Source: an uncultured Candidatus Saccharibacteria bacterium
Lineage (GTDB): Bacteria > Patescibacteriota > Minisyncoccia > Phycocordibacterales > UBA9973
Length of the DNA stretch: 64,000 nt
Direction: 5' to 3'
NCBI GenBank assembly: GCA_964527235.1
Contig: CAZGNC010000002.1
Location: 146,381 to 210,380, forward strand
Below the pieces are notes generated by a model. The model searched no databases, was not told the DNA's origin, and worked only from the letters and a program-made list of their open reading frames with translations. A program made the translations under genes and the position numbers. Positions 1 to 8,720 of the stretch are shown here, in pieces (position 1 is the first letter of the stretch; the number at the start of each line of letters is the position of its first letter).

Positions 1-63
1 TAAGTAAAATATCCACTTATTGCTTGTTTGCTATTGTGGTTTTAAGTGCTATTATTTGGTCAC

Positions 64-420
64 ATGTTAGATAAACAAAAAATTAAAGATAAGCTTGAAA
101 AAGAGAAGGATATATTACTAGGCCAGTTGAAAGATATTGGTAAATTAAATACTGATAATGGTGAGTGGGAGGCGACCCCTGAAGAGATGGCCTTCCCTGA
201 AACTGACCAAAATGATATGGCTGATAGATTTGAAGATTTCGAATCTCGCAGTTCTATGGTCAAGATTCTAGGCCCAAGACTAAATAATATTCTACGTGCA
301 CTTAAGGGTATAGGTAAAGGATCTTTCGGTGTTTGTGAAGTTTGCAAGAAAAACATTGAAGCCGATCGCCTCGAAGCCAACCCTGCAGCTCGAACCTGCA
401 AGAAACACTTAGAAGGTTAA
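64..420 (+). CDS. DksA/TraR family C4 zinc-finger protein
   Basis: DxxDxA coiled-coil tip (DQNDMA) and C4 finger CEVC...PAARTCKKH; ATG at 64 preferred over GTG at 46. Confidence 0.85.
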   Translation: MLDKQKIKDKLEKEKDILLGQLKDIGKLNTDNGEWEATPEEMAFPETDQNDMADRFEDFESRSSMVKILGPRLNNILRALKGIGKGSFGVCEVCKKNIEADRLEANPAARTCKKHLEG

Positions 421-430
421 TTTCTCTACT

Positions 431-1984
431 ATGTCCTTCGCCCGAGTATATTCAGCCCAAGTAAATCTACTTTCTGGGGTGATTGTTACTGTGGAAGTCG
501 ATCTTTCGCGCGGATTGCATTCTTTTAATGTTGTAGGACTACCTGATAAAGCAGTCGACGAGTCTAAAGACCGAGTAAGTGGTGCGATAAAGAACTCAGG
601 ATACCAATCTCCAAAAGCCAAAAATCAGAAAATAGTTGTGTCGCTTTCTCCTGCGGACCTCAAGAAAGAGGGTCCGTTTTTTGATTTAGCTATTGCGCTG
701 TCATATATGCTCGCTTCGGGGGATATAAAGTTTAATCCTGAGAAGAAGATTTTCCTTGGAGAGCTTGGGCTTGATGGCACCTTGCGTCGTATTCGTGGGG
801 CACTACCGCTTGCGCAGGAAGCCAAGAAGCGAGGGTTCGAAGAGATATATGTTCCGAAAGAAAATGCCGAAGAAGCAGCTCTGGTAGAGGGGATTAAAGT
901 TTTTGGTGCAGGGAGCTTGGAAGAAGTTGTAGAACACATAGATGAAAATAAGAAATTAGAAAACAAAAAGAAGAAAGAGATACCTCTGCAACCTAAAACT
1001 AAGATAAATTATAACTCTGAGAGAAAAGGTGCAGACTTTCGTGACGTGCGTGGTCAGGAAGGTGCTAAACGCGGGCTTGAGATTGCCGCGGCTGGTGGGC
1101 ATAATATCGCCATGTACGGGCCTCCAGGAACCGGGAAGACCATGCTCGCTCGCGCCTTCTCGGGATTGCTCGATGACTTGAGCATGGAAGAGATTTTAGA
1201 GATTACCGGTATACACTCGGTGGCTGGAGCAACTCAGGGTGAGCTAGTGTGTAACCCGCCCTTTCGAGCGCCTCACCACACGTCTTCTTATGTTTCGATT
1301 ATTGGCGGAGGCACTTATCCCAAACCTGGCGAAGTAACTCTCGCGCATCGAGGAGTACTTTTCTTAGATGAATTTCCTGAGTTTGAGAAGAGAGTAATAG
1401 AGTCTCTGCGTCAGCCACTTGAAGATAACATAGTGTCTATTTCGCGAGCGCGTGGGTCGGCGATATTTCCTTCGAACTTTATTTTAATAGCTGCGATGAA
1501 TCCTTGCCCATGTGGCAACGCTGGCAGTAAACAGAAAGCTTGTATCTGTAAGCCCTCTGACCTCGACCGTTATAAACGTAAACTTTCAGGCCCGATAATG
1601 GACCGTATTGATATATGGGTTTCGGTAGGTAATGTTGATTATAAAAAGTTGGGTGAAGACGGCGGAGAAGGGGAGAAGAGTGATCAAATCAAAGCTCGAG
1701 TCAAACGCGCCAGAGAAGTACAAAGAAATAGATTTAAGAAATTCGGTCGGTCGATTTCTGCAAACAGTGAAATGAATGTAAAAGATTTATCCGCTTTGGT
1801 AAAACTTAGCAAAGAAGTGAGGCAGTTGCTCGACGATAGTGCAGAACGCTTAGCGCTCTCTGCTCGTGCGTATCACCGAGTAATAAAAATAGCCCGCACA
1901 ATTGCGGACCTTGAAGGCTCTGATGAAATAAAACCTAATCACATTCTCGAAGCCATCCAGTATCGGCCGAAAATAAATTCATAG
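431..1984 (+). CDS. comM: YifB/ComM Mg-chelatase-like AAA+ ATPase (competence helicase)
   Basis: VGLPDKAVDESKDRV N-terminus, Walker A GPPGTGKT, PFRAPHHT, LFLDEFPEF, MNPCPCG. Confidence 0.93.
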   Translation: MSFARVYSAQVNLLSGVIVTVEVDLSRGLHSFNVVGLPDKAVDESKDRVSGAIKNSGYQSPKAKNQKIVVSLSPADLKKEGPFFDLAIALSYMLASGDIKFNPEKKIFLGELGLDGTLRRIRGALPLAQEAKKRGFEEIYVPKENAEEAALVEGIKVFGAGSLEEVVEHIDENKKLENKKKKEIPLQPKTKINYNSERKGADFRDVRGQEGAKRGLEIAAAGGHNIAMYGPPGTGKTMLARAFSGLLDDLSMEEILEITGIHSVAGATQGELVCNPPFRAPHHTSSYVSIIGGGTYPKPGEVTLAHRGVLFLDEFPEFEKRVIESLRQPLEDNIVSISRARGSAIFPSNFILIAAMNPCPCGNAGSKQKACICKPSDLDRYKRKLSGPIMDRIDIWVSVGNVDYKKLGEDGGEGEKSDQIKARVKRAREVQRNRFKKFGRSISANSEMNVKDLSALVKLSKEVRQLLDDSAERLALSARAYHRVIKIARTIADLEGSDEIKPNHILEAIQYRPKINS

Positions 1985-2028
1985 AAAAAACAAAATGGGC
2001 GACGGATTCCCGAAGGATTCCGTCGCCC
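1985..2028 (-). terminator. Intrinsic terminator of GC-rich cassette 1
   Basis: Minus strand GGGCGACGGAATCC-TTCG-GGAATCCGTCGCCC (1997-2028, cUUCGg loop) followed by ATTTTGTTTTTT. Confidence 0.85.
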
Positions 2029-2109
2029 GATACGTCAACTACCAATCAACCGCTTCGCACGCCTACTTGTAGCGTGCTCGTCTTCTCTCAGCTCAAGCCG
2101 CTCAGCGAC

Positions 2110-2319
2110 CTACGAGATCGCGATACGGAGCGTCGTATTGCAGCCACGACAGACGACGACCACTCCTGCCGGAGATCGATCCAGCGGGGCGGATACATTT
2201 TCACCGCACCCACACATCAGGCAGGTGCCACTCATGGTACCTTTCCCGGTGGGGGTTGCGGCGATTGTCATCGTGGCGCGGTCTGCGACACGTCCCGGTA
2301 CGTGTTGAAGCTGGGTCAT
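2110..2319 (-). CDS. Small GC-rich zinc-ribbon-like hypothetical protein (69 aa)
   Basis: CLMCGCG...CRGC cysteine pairs; AGGAG at 2336-2332, promoter upstream and terminator downstream, all on the minus strand. Confidence 0.6.
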   Translation of the reverse strand: MTQLQHVPGRVADRATMTIAATPTGKGTMSGTCLMCGCGENVSAPLDRSPAGVVVVCRGCNTTLRIAIS

Positions 2320-2421
2320 TTCGGTCTGTAGCTCCTGCGATCAATTGTGATGGAACATTGGGAAGTCCACTTCGCTCCGCTCGATACTTGGCTTAGCGGT
2401 TCCCGTGAGTGTTTCGAATAC

Positions 2422-2450
2422 AGTCTAGCATAAAATATGTCAAATGTCAA
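2422..2450 (-). promoter_or_regulatory. sigma70-type promoter of cassette 1
   Basis: Minus strand TTGACA (2450-2445), 17 nt, TAGACT (2427-2422) with extended -10 TG. Confidence 0.75.
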
Positions 2451-2532
2451 GCTGATTTTAGCTTTATATTACAATGTTTTTTCTTCGATATTGTTCCTGG
2501 CTGTTTATTTAGGGATATCCACAGCTTATTTG

Positions 2533-2562
2533 TTGACATGTGAACGCTCGTTCACTTATACT
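2533..2562 (+). promoter_or_regulatory. Promoter with LexA operator (GAAC-N4-GTTC)
   Basis: TTGACA (2533-2538) and TATACT (2557-2562) bracket the palindrome GTGAAC-GCTC-GTTCAC (2540-2555), matching the Gram-positive SOS box core, upstream of lexA. Confidence 0.8.
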
Positions 2563-2612
2563 ATATACATAAGTAAGTAGGGTCGTTTAGTAAAATAATT
2601 ATTAAAAAATAT

Positions 2613-2810
2613 ATGTCACAAGCACAATATTTAAAAACAATAGAAAAGGAGATTCAGAGGTTAAATAAGATTATTGACCAGAAGATATTAAGAGGGGAGG
2701 CTTATTATCGCGAGGCTCGAGATCACAAGCTTCTACTTCAGAAGGTACGATATCATTCTCGCAAGAATTTCTTCCGCAATTTATTCCCTACTTTTTCTGC
2801 AGCTTTCTAA
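2613..2810 (+). CDS. Small basic hypothetical protein co-transcribed with lexA
   Basis: 65-aa ORF between the SOS-box promoter and lexA, 3-nt gap to lexA. Confidence 0.65.
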   Translation: MSQAQYLKTIEKEIQRLNKIIDQKILRGEAYYREARDHKLLLQKVRYHSRKNFFRNLFPTFSAAF

Positions 2811-2813
2811 AAG

Positions 2814-3380
2814 ATGCAAAATCTATACAAATCTAAAATAGAATCTTTCTACAAAGAAGAGAAGCGCATGCCGACATACACTGAGATGATGCGCCTCTTC
2901 GGCTTTAAGTCCAAGAATGCTGTTGCACGAATTGTAAACAAGATGCTAGACGCTGGGCTCGTCGCCAAGGATCATTTAGGGAGGCTTGTTCCCAAAGATT
3001 CATTTGGTGAGATTGCCAAGCTCGGTTTCGTAACTGCTGGGCTACCAGCAAGTGTTGAAGAAGAGTCCACAGACACAGTGAGTCTCGAAGATATGCTTGT
3101 CGGTAAGAAAGAGCTTACTTACATGCTCGAAGTTGACGGCGACTCGATGATAGAGGCGCACATCGAAGACGGGGATATGGTGTTAGTCGAGAAGACCGAA
3201 AATGCCAAAGACGGGCAGATAGTTATCGCCGAAGTTGATGGAGAGTTTACCATGAAGTATCTACGCGAGAAGGGTGGCAAGCGATGGCTCGAACCAGCAA
3301 ACAAAAACTACAAACCTATTTATCCCGAGAACAGCCTGAAAGTCATCGCAGTACTAAAGGCAGTTATTAGGAAGTACTAA
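2814..3380 (+). CDS. lexA: LexA repressor (HTH + S24 peptidase)
   Basis: N-terminal wHTH (MPTYTEM...FGFKS), Ala-Gly cleavage site VTAGLP, catalytic Ser GDSM and Lys TMKY. Confidence 0.88.
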   Translation: MQNLYKSKIESFYKEEKRMPTYTEMMRLFGFKSKNAVARIVNKMLDAGLVAKDHLGRLVPKDSFGEIAKLGFVTAGLPASVEEESTDTVSLEDMLVGKKELTYMLEVDGDSMIEAHIEDGDMVLVEKTENAKDGQIVIAEVDGEFTMKYLREKGGKRWLEPANKNYKPIYPENSLKVIAVLKAVIRKY

Positions 3381-3396
3381 ATTAAAATATATTAGA

Positions 3397-3427
3397 AACA
3401 AAAAACCGCCTTTCGGCGGATTTTTGT
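3397..3427. terminator. Bidirectional terminator between lexA and HU
   Basis: A-tract-CCGCC-TTTC-GGCGG-ATTTTT between convergent genes. Confidence 0.8.
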
Positions 3428-3447
3428 ATTTTATCTCGAGATAAAAA

Positions 3448-3720
3448 TTAAGCAACCATGTCCTTCAAACCTTTTGCAGGTCGGAATTTTGGAACTTTCT
3501 TAGCAGCTACTTTAACTTGCTCTCCAGTTTTTGGATTGCGAGCCATACGTGCTGCGCGTGATTTAACGGAAAAGATTCCGAAACCAGCGATAGATACTTC
3601 GTCACCCTTCTTGAGAGCGCCGACGATTGCATCGAACAATCCATCTACAACTTCTTCTGCTTGAACTTTGGTACCACCTAGCTTTCCGTGTACCAATTCA
3701 GCTAATGCTTGTTTATTCAT
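3448..3720 (-). CDS. hup: DNA-binding protein HU
   Basis: MNKQAL...GFGIF...RAARMARNPKTGE...VPKFRPAKGLK; start taken at MNKQ (3720). Confidence 0.95.
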   Translation of the reverse strand: MNKQALAELVHGKLGGTKVQAEEVVDGLFDAIVGALKKGDEVSIAGFGIFSVKSRAARMARNPKTGEQVKVAAKKVPKFRPAKGLKDMVA

Positions 3721-3856
3721 AGTACGATAAAAGATTATTGCTAATAACTTTTCGACCATTACTTATAAACCGTCGATAACCCCTAAACACTGTCATTATA
3801 TACTAAGGGTTTTTTAAGGGCAATAGAAATTCTCCGAGGAGAAAATTTGACAAATT

Positions 3857-5386
3857 TTAACGTGCGTATTCTATTACGCGAGTTTCTCGGATCAAAGTTA
3901 CCTTGATTTCACCCGGATACTTCAATTCTTGTTCGATTTTGAGCGCTATGTCGCGAGCCATGAGCTTGCCTTCAGCGTCAGACACTTTCTCTGGGGTTAC
4001 GAAGATGCGGATTTCACGTCCAGCTTGTAATGCATAGGACTTTTCGACACCACCGAAGGCATTTACTAGGGCTTCTAGCTCTTGGAGTCTCTTTAGGTAG
4101 TTCTCTACGCTGTCTCGGCGAGCTCCGGGGCGTCCTCCAGAGATAGCATCTGCAGTCTGGACGATTATGGCCTCGATAGTTTCATATGGGTAGTCTTCGT
4201 GGTGACTCTTCATCGCAGTGATAATGCGTTCATCAGCTCCGAATTTCTGCAGTATGCGTATACCTATCTCGATATGAGTGCCTTGTACCTCGTGGTCTAG
4301 GGCTTTACCGATGTCGTGAACAAGCGCACCAGCCTTCGCAATAGCCACGTCAGCACCAAGCTCTTCAGCTAGCATGCCGGCGATGTGGGCCATCTCGATA
4401 GAGTGCTGTAGAACGTTCTGCCCGTAACTTGTTCTGAAGTACAATCGCCCTATGATAGCCACTATGCGAGGATCGAAGTTGAATATTCCACACTCGTATA
4501 CTGCTTGTTCACCTTTTTCTTTAATTATTTTATTGATTTCTTCTTTAGCTTTGTCTACTAGTTCTTCAATTTTGGCTGGCTGGATTCGTCCATCGAGGAT
4601 CAAGTTCTCAAGAGCCAGACGAGCAACCTGTCGGCGGATAGGGTCGAAAGAAGATATGACGATAGATCCTGGAGTATCATCCACGATAAGCTCTACTCCA
4701 GCAGCACGCTCGAAAGCACGAATGTTTCGGCCTTCTTTACCTATGATTTTACCCTTGATTTCATTGTTTGGGATAGAAACTATAGTAGTCATGAGCTCAG
4801 AAGCAGTACTAGATGCTAGACGCTGGATAGATGTAGCTAGTATATCTTTAGCACGACGATCTAATCTCTCATCGCTATTGTTCTCTAGTTTTTGGATTCT
4901 AACCAATATGTCTTCTTCGTATTTCTTCTCAATGTCTTTCAAAAGCTCTTCTTTAGCTTCGGCTTCTGTTAGGCGAGAGACTCTCTCGAGTTCTGCACGC
5001 TTGTCTTCTTCTATTTTTACTACCTTTTCCTGAATCTTTTTGATTTCTTCAACCTTTAGTTTCACATTTTCTACTTCTTTATCTATTTCTACCTGGCGCG
5101 CATCCAAGAACTCATCTTTCTTGATGAGTCTTTTCTCGGTTTCTTTAAATTCTACTTCCTTCTTCTTCTCTTCTTCTCTTAGTTCTGCCAGTTTAGCTTC
5201 TGACACCTTCTTGGCCTCGTCTACTATCTTCTGGGCTTCCTCCTTTGCCCCGACCATCATCTGCTTGATGTCGATTTCGATAGAGCGACGTTTGCCGAGA
5301 GCTATGATAAGTCGTAGGTAGTAACCTATTAGAACGCCCAAAAGGAGCGCTCCTGCTCCCAAAAGAATTATTGTTATTAAGCTCAT
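3857..5386 (-). CDS. rny: Ribonuclease Y
   Basis: N-terminal TM, coiled coil, KH motif KGKIIGKEGRNIR, HD domain HDIGK, SGGRPGARR. Confidence 0.96.
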   Translation of the reverse strand: MSLITIILLGAGALLLGVLIGYYLRLIIALGKRRSIEIDIKQMMVGAKEEAQKIVDEAKKVSEAKLAELREEEKKKEVEFKETEKRLIKKDEFLDARQVEIDKEVENVKLKVEEIKKIQEKVVKIEEDKRAELERVSRLTEAEAKEELLKDIEKKYEEDILVRIQKLENNSDERLDRRAKDILATSIQRLASSTASELMTTIVSIPNNEIKGKIIGKEGRNIRAFERAAGVELIVDDTPGSIVISSFDPIRRQVARLALENLILDGRIQPAKIEELVDKAKEEINKIIKEKGEQAVYECGIFNFDPRIVAIIGRLYFRTSYGQNVLQHSIEMAHIAGMLAEELGADVAIAKAGALVHDIGKALDHEVQGTHIEIGIRILQKFGADERIITAMKSHHEDYPYETIEAIIVQTADAISGGRPGARRDSVENYLKRLQELEALVNAFGGVEKSYALQAGREIRIFVTPEKVSDAEGKLMARDIALKIEQELKYPGEIKVTLIRETRVIEYAR

Positions 5387-5596
5387 AAGTCTTGAATCGA
5401 CTTATAAGAACAGACCACTATATTTGCGGTTTCATTGACTCACAGAGATTTTTCTTCCAAACTCGAACACTTTTCAAAACATTTTTCAGTGAAAACTTCA
5501 TAATATATGGGTATTCCTATAAACCAACTATAAATTAATCGAAAATCAATTTCTAAAATACTACCCACATAGTATATCAAATATGAGAGGAATTGT

Positions 5597-6202
5597 CTAA
5601 TCTTGAGATTTGGCGGTTGGAGCCTTGGACTTGGTGACTATCTCGTCGATGATGCCGTACTTTTTGGCCTCTTCGGCGTCCATAAAGAAGTCTCTTTCTA
5701 CGTCCTTCTCTATTTGGGCGAGAGATTTGCCTGTGTTTTTAGCTAAAAGCTTATTTAGGTTGTCTCGGGTCTTCAATATGTGCTTGGCGGTGATGGCAAT
5801 GTCTGTTGCTTGGCCCTCAACACCACCCAGGGGCTGGTGAATCATGACCTCAGCGTTAGGCAGGATGAACCTTTTACCCTTTTTACCAGAAGATAGTATG
5901 ATCGCGCCTCCCGAAGCTGCGAGTCCTACGCAGAAAGTAGCCACGTCCGGGCGTACGTGATTCATAGTGTCTACTATAGCCATAGTTGATGTTACTGAGC
6001 CACCAGGGGAGTTAACATAAAGGAATATGTCTTTCTTTGGGTCTTCAGATTCTAAGAAAAGTAGCTGGGCTATGACGATGTTGGCTGTATGGTCGTCTAT
6101 TGGTCCACCCAGGAAGATAATGCGCTCACGCAAGAGGCGAGAGTATATGTCATAAGCTCGCTCGCCGAATTGGCTTTTTTCTATTACGGTTGGGATTAAC
6201 AT
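5597..6202 (-). CDS. clpP: ATP-dependent Clp protease proteolytic subunit
   Basis: [31 protein letters not shown]; start MLIP lies 6 nt after TGCTATAAT. Confidence 0.97.
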   Translation of the reverse strand: MLIPTVIEKSQFGERAYDIYSRLLRERIIFLGGPIDDHTANIVIAQLLFLESEDPKKDIFLYVNSPGGSVTSTMAIVDTMNHVRPDVATFCVGLAASGGAIILSSGKKGKRFILPNAEVMIHQPLGGVEGQATDIAITAKHILKTRDNLNKLLAKNTGKSLAQIEKDVERDFFMDAEEAKKYGIIDEIVTKSKAPTAKSQD

Positions 6203-6283
6203 GTCTGGATTATAGCAGTTTTCCACATTTTCGCAATAAAATTTTTCTTGCTTCTAATTTTTAAAGTGGTACCATTCTACCTA

Positions 6284-6412
6284 ATGTCTAATGACAAGTA
6301 TAAATTTAAGACTCGCGATACCCGAATAATTATTTCTCCCAATTTTATATTCTCAGTTTATTCCAAGCCCTCCGAAGGGGCTATTTTTTTATCTGAATTA
6401 AATTTATGTTAA
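6284..6412 (+). CDS. Putative 42-aa pyrimidine-operon leader peptide
   Basis: MSNDKYKFKTRDTRIIISPNFIFSVYSKPSEGAIFLSELNLC*; starts 8 nt after a TGG-TACCAT -10, reads through the terminator and overlaps the pyrC ATG. Confidence 0.5.
   Translation: MSNDKYKFKTRDTRIIISPNFIFSVYSKPSEGAIFLSELNLC
6366..6390 (+). terminator. Attenuator-type terminator upstream of pyrC
   Basis: AGCCC-TCCGAAG-GGGCT followed by A and T7, 15 nt before pyrC on the same strand. Confidence 0.75.
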
Positions 6413-7659
6413 GCATCGAAGGAAACATTGTAAATACTTCTAGCACAAAAAGAGGTCGCGTTGAGATCGACGAGGTGAGTGGGTTGATTGTTGGGGTTAC
6501 CGAGCCGACGGGGGTTGCTGACAGGGTTCTCAAAGAAGAATTAATTTTCCCAGGATTTATAGATTTACACGTACATGCCCGGGAAGACATGAGCCACACT
6601 CAGGAATACAAAGAGGATTTCATTACGGCAGGAGCTGCGGCGATAAATGGTGGGGTGGTGGCATTTGCGGATATGCCAAACAATAAAATTCCGCCGATAG
6701 ATGACACAAGTCATGAGGCCAAAAATAATTTAGCCAAGCGTGCTCCCGTAGAGATTGTTCTCTATGCAGGTGTTGGGGCACAGACTAATCCACTAACCCT
6801 CGGCCATAGCCCTACGGGCGAGGCTAAAAAAGTTCCATACAAGGTGTTCATGGGGCAATCAATTGGAGATTTGTTTTTTACTTCACGTGAGGCGCTAGAG
6901 AGGGCGATAGAAAAATACAAAGGTCAGCATGTGAGTTTTCATTGTGAAGATCCAGAAATTTTAGAAAAAAATATCACTCAAGAAACTCACGAGAGTAAGC
7001 GTCCACCCGAAGCAGAAATCTCTGCGGTGGATTTCGCGCTCGAACTTATCGAGAAATACAAAATTATCGGCAAGATTTGTCACGCCTCGACAGTAGAGGG
7101 GATAGAGAAAATTATAAAAGCGAAAAATCGCGGAGTGAACGTAACTGTCGAAGTTACTCCTCACCATCTGTATTTCGACGAGACGATGCTGAAAAACAAC
7201 AGAACTGAGTTTCAAGTAAATCCTCCTATTCGGCAGACTCAAGAAAACAGATTGGCGCTTATTAAATTTTTAAAAGATGGACACATAGATTATCTCGCCA
7301 CCGATCATGCCCCACACTCTAAAGAAGAAAAGCAGAAGGGAATTTCAGGGCTAACTCATTTGGATACTTACGGTTCTGTGGCGACTTGGCTTATGTCAGA
7401 GCACGGATTTACTCCAGAAGATATCGTTAGAGTGTGCGCGCAAAATCCGGCAAAATTTTTCAACGAATTTACGACTCATAAATATGGAGAAATAAAAGAA
7501 GGTTTTGTTGGGTCGCTGACAATTTTGGACCCTAAAAAATCAGTAAAAATAACGGAAGATTTTCTTAAGACAAAGTGTGGCTGGTCGCCATTTCTGGGGG
7601 TGACATTTCCCGGCAGTGTTGTTGCAACAATAATCAAAGGAAAAATTTATGAAAAATAA
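6406..7659 (+). CDS. pyrC: Dihydroorotase
   Basis: PGFIDLHVH, DMPN, EVTPHHL, VNPPIR, TDHAPH, TKCGWSPF; operon with carAB and pyrB. Confidence 0.9.
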   Translation: MLSIEGNIVNTSSTKRGRVEIDEVSGLIVGVTEPTGVADRVLKEELIFPGFIDLHVHAREDMSHTQEYKEDFITAGAAAINGGVVAFADMPNNKIPPIDDTSHEAKNNLAKRAPVEIVLYAGVGAQTNPLTLGHSPTGEAKKVPYKVFMGQSIGDLFFTSREALERAIEKYKGQHVSFHCEDPEILEKNITQETHESKRPPEAEISAVDFALELIEKYKIIGKICHASTVEGIEKIIKAKNRGVNVTVEVTPHHLYFDETMLKNNRTEFQVNPPIRQTQENRLALIKFLKDGHIDYLATDHAPHSKEEKQKGISGLTHLDTYGSVATWLMSEHGFTPEDIVRVCAQNPAKFFNEFTTHKYGEIKEGFVGSLTILDPKKSVKITEDFLKTKCGWSPFLGVTFPGSVVATIIKGKIYEK

Positions 7660-8716
7660 TCAGCAAAAAAGTTTAGCTAAATTAGTTCTCAAGGATGGTA
7701 GTAAGTTTGAAGGGAAAAGTTTTGGGGCAAATGCATCAATGGCTGGTGAAGTTGTTTTTGCCACCGGCATGGTGGGTTATCCTGAAGCGATAACTGATCC
7801 ATCTTTTAGAGGTCAGATTTTAGTAATGACTTATCCATTGATTGGTAATTACGGAGTGCCAAAGAAAGAACTCTGGGAGTCTGAGAAAATTCAAATAGCG
7901 GGGCTGGTAGTGTCTAGTTACATAGATACTCCATCGCACCATGCAAGTACTATGACTCTAGCTACATGGCTCAAGAGCGAAGGAGTGCCCGCGATTGAAA
8001 TAAAAGATACCAGAATGCTAACCCAGAAACTTCGTAGTGAAGGAGTGTCCTTGGGTAAGGTTGTTGTTGGTGGTAAGGATGTAAAATTTGAAAACCCTGA
8101 TCTTCGGAACTTAGCTTCAGAAGTTTCTACAAAGAAAATAATTTTTTATGGTGATGGAGATAAAACTATCGTGCTCATAGACTGTGGGGCAAAGAGAAAC
8201 ATAGTGCGCAGGCTCTTAGCGAGAGGGCTTAAGGTAGTGGTGGCGCCTTGGGATACCGATGTTACACAGTTAACTTTCCCGTTTGACGGAGTGTTAATCT
8301 CAAATGGTCCCGGAGATCCAACCCGAGTAAAGCAAACTATTAAAAATGTAAAAAAGATTCTCGATCGTAAAATTCCCACTCTAGGAATATGCCTAGGGAA
8401 TCAAATTCTGACTCTGGCGTCTGGAGGTTCTACGTTCAAACTCAAGTTTGGGCATCGAAGTCAGAATCAGCCAGTGATAGAAAAAGGCTCGAAAAAGTGT
8501 TATCTCACAACACAAAATCATGGTTTCGCAGTGGGTACAATTCCGAAAGGATTTAAGGAATGGTTTCACAACGCTAATGATAAAACCAATGAAGGAATAA
8601 TTCATGAGAGCGAGCCATTCATGTCAGTGCAGTTTCATCCTGAGAGCTCACCGGGACCTACAGACACCGACTGGATATTCGATTACTTTTTAAAGCGTGC
8701 TGGAATCATAAAATAA
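7649..8716 (+). CDS. carA: Carbamoyl-phosphate synthase small subunit
   Basis: GEVVFATGMVGY, SNGPGDP, GICLG, QNHGF, QFHPE. Confidence 0.96.
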   Translation: MKNNQQKSLAKLVLKDGSKFEGKSFGANASMAGEVVFATGMVGYPEAITDPSFRGQILVMTYPLIGNYGVPKKELWESEKIQIAGLVVSSYIDTPSHHASTMTLATWLKSEGVPAIEIKDTRMLTQKLRSEGVSLGKVVVGGKDVKFENPDLRNLASEVSTKKIIFYGDGDKTIVLIDCGAKRNIVRRLLARGLKVVVAPWDTDVTQLTFPFDGVLISNGPGDPTRVKQTIKNVKKILDRKIPTLGICLGNQILTLASGGSTFKLKFGHRSQNQPVIEKGSKKCYLTTQNHGFAVGTIPKGFKEWFHNANDKTNEGIIHESEPFMSVQFHPESSPGPTDTDWIFDYFLKRAGIIK

Positions 8717-8720
8717 AATT

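Noticed and set aside
2074-2331. Plus-strand 85-aa ORF over cassette 1
   Set aside because: Promoter, SD and terminator polarity all point to the minus strand; likely a GC-rich shadow ORF
4452-5321. Long antisense ORFs inside rny, and similar ones opposite nusA, carB, pilC, metG, ftsK
   Set aside because: Fully overlap well-identified genes and show shadow-frame Ser/Leu/Phe-rich composition
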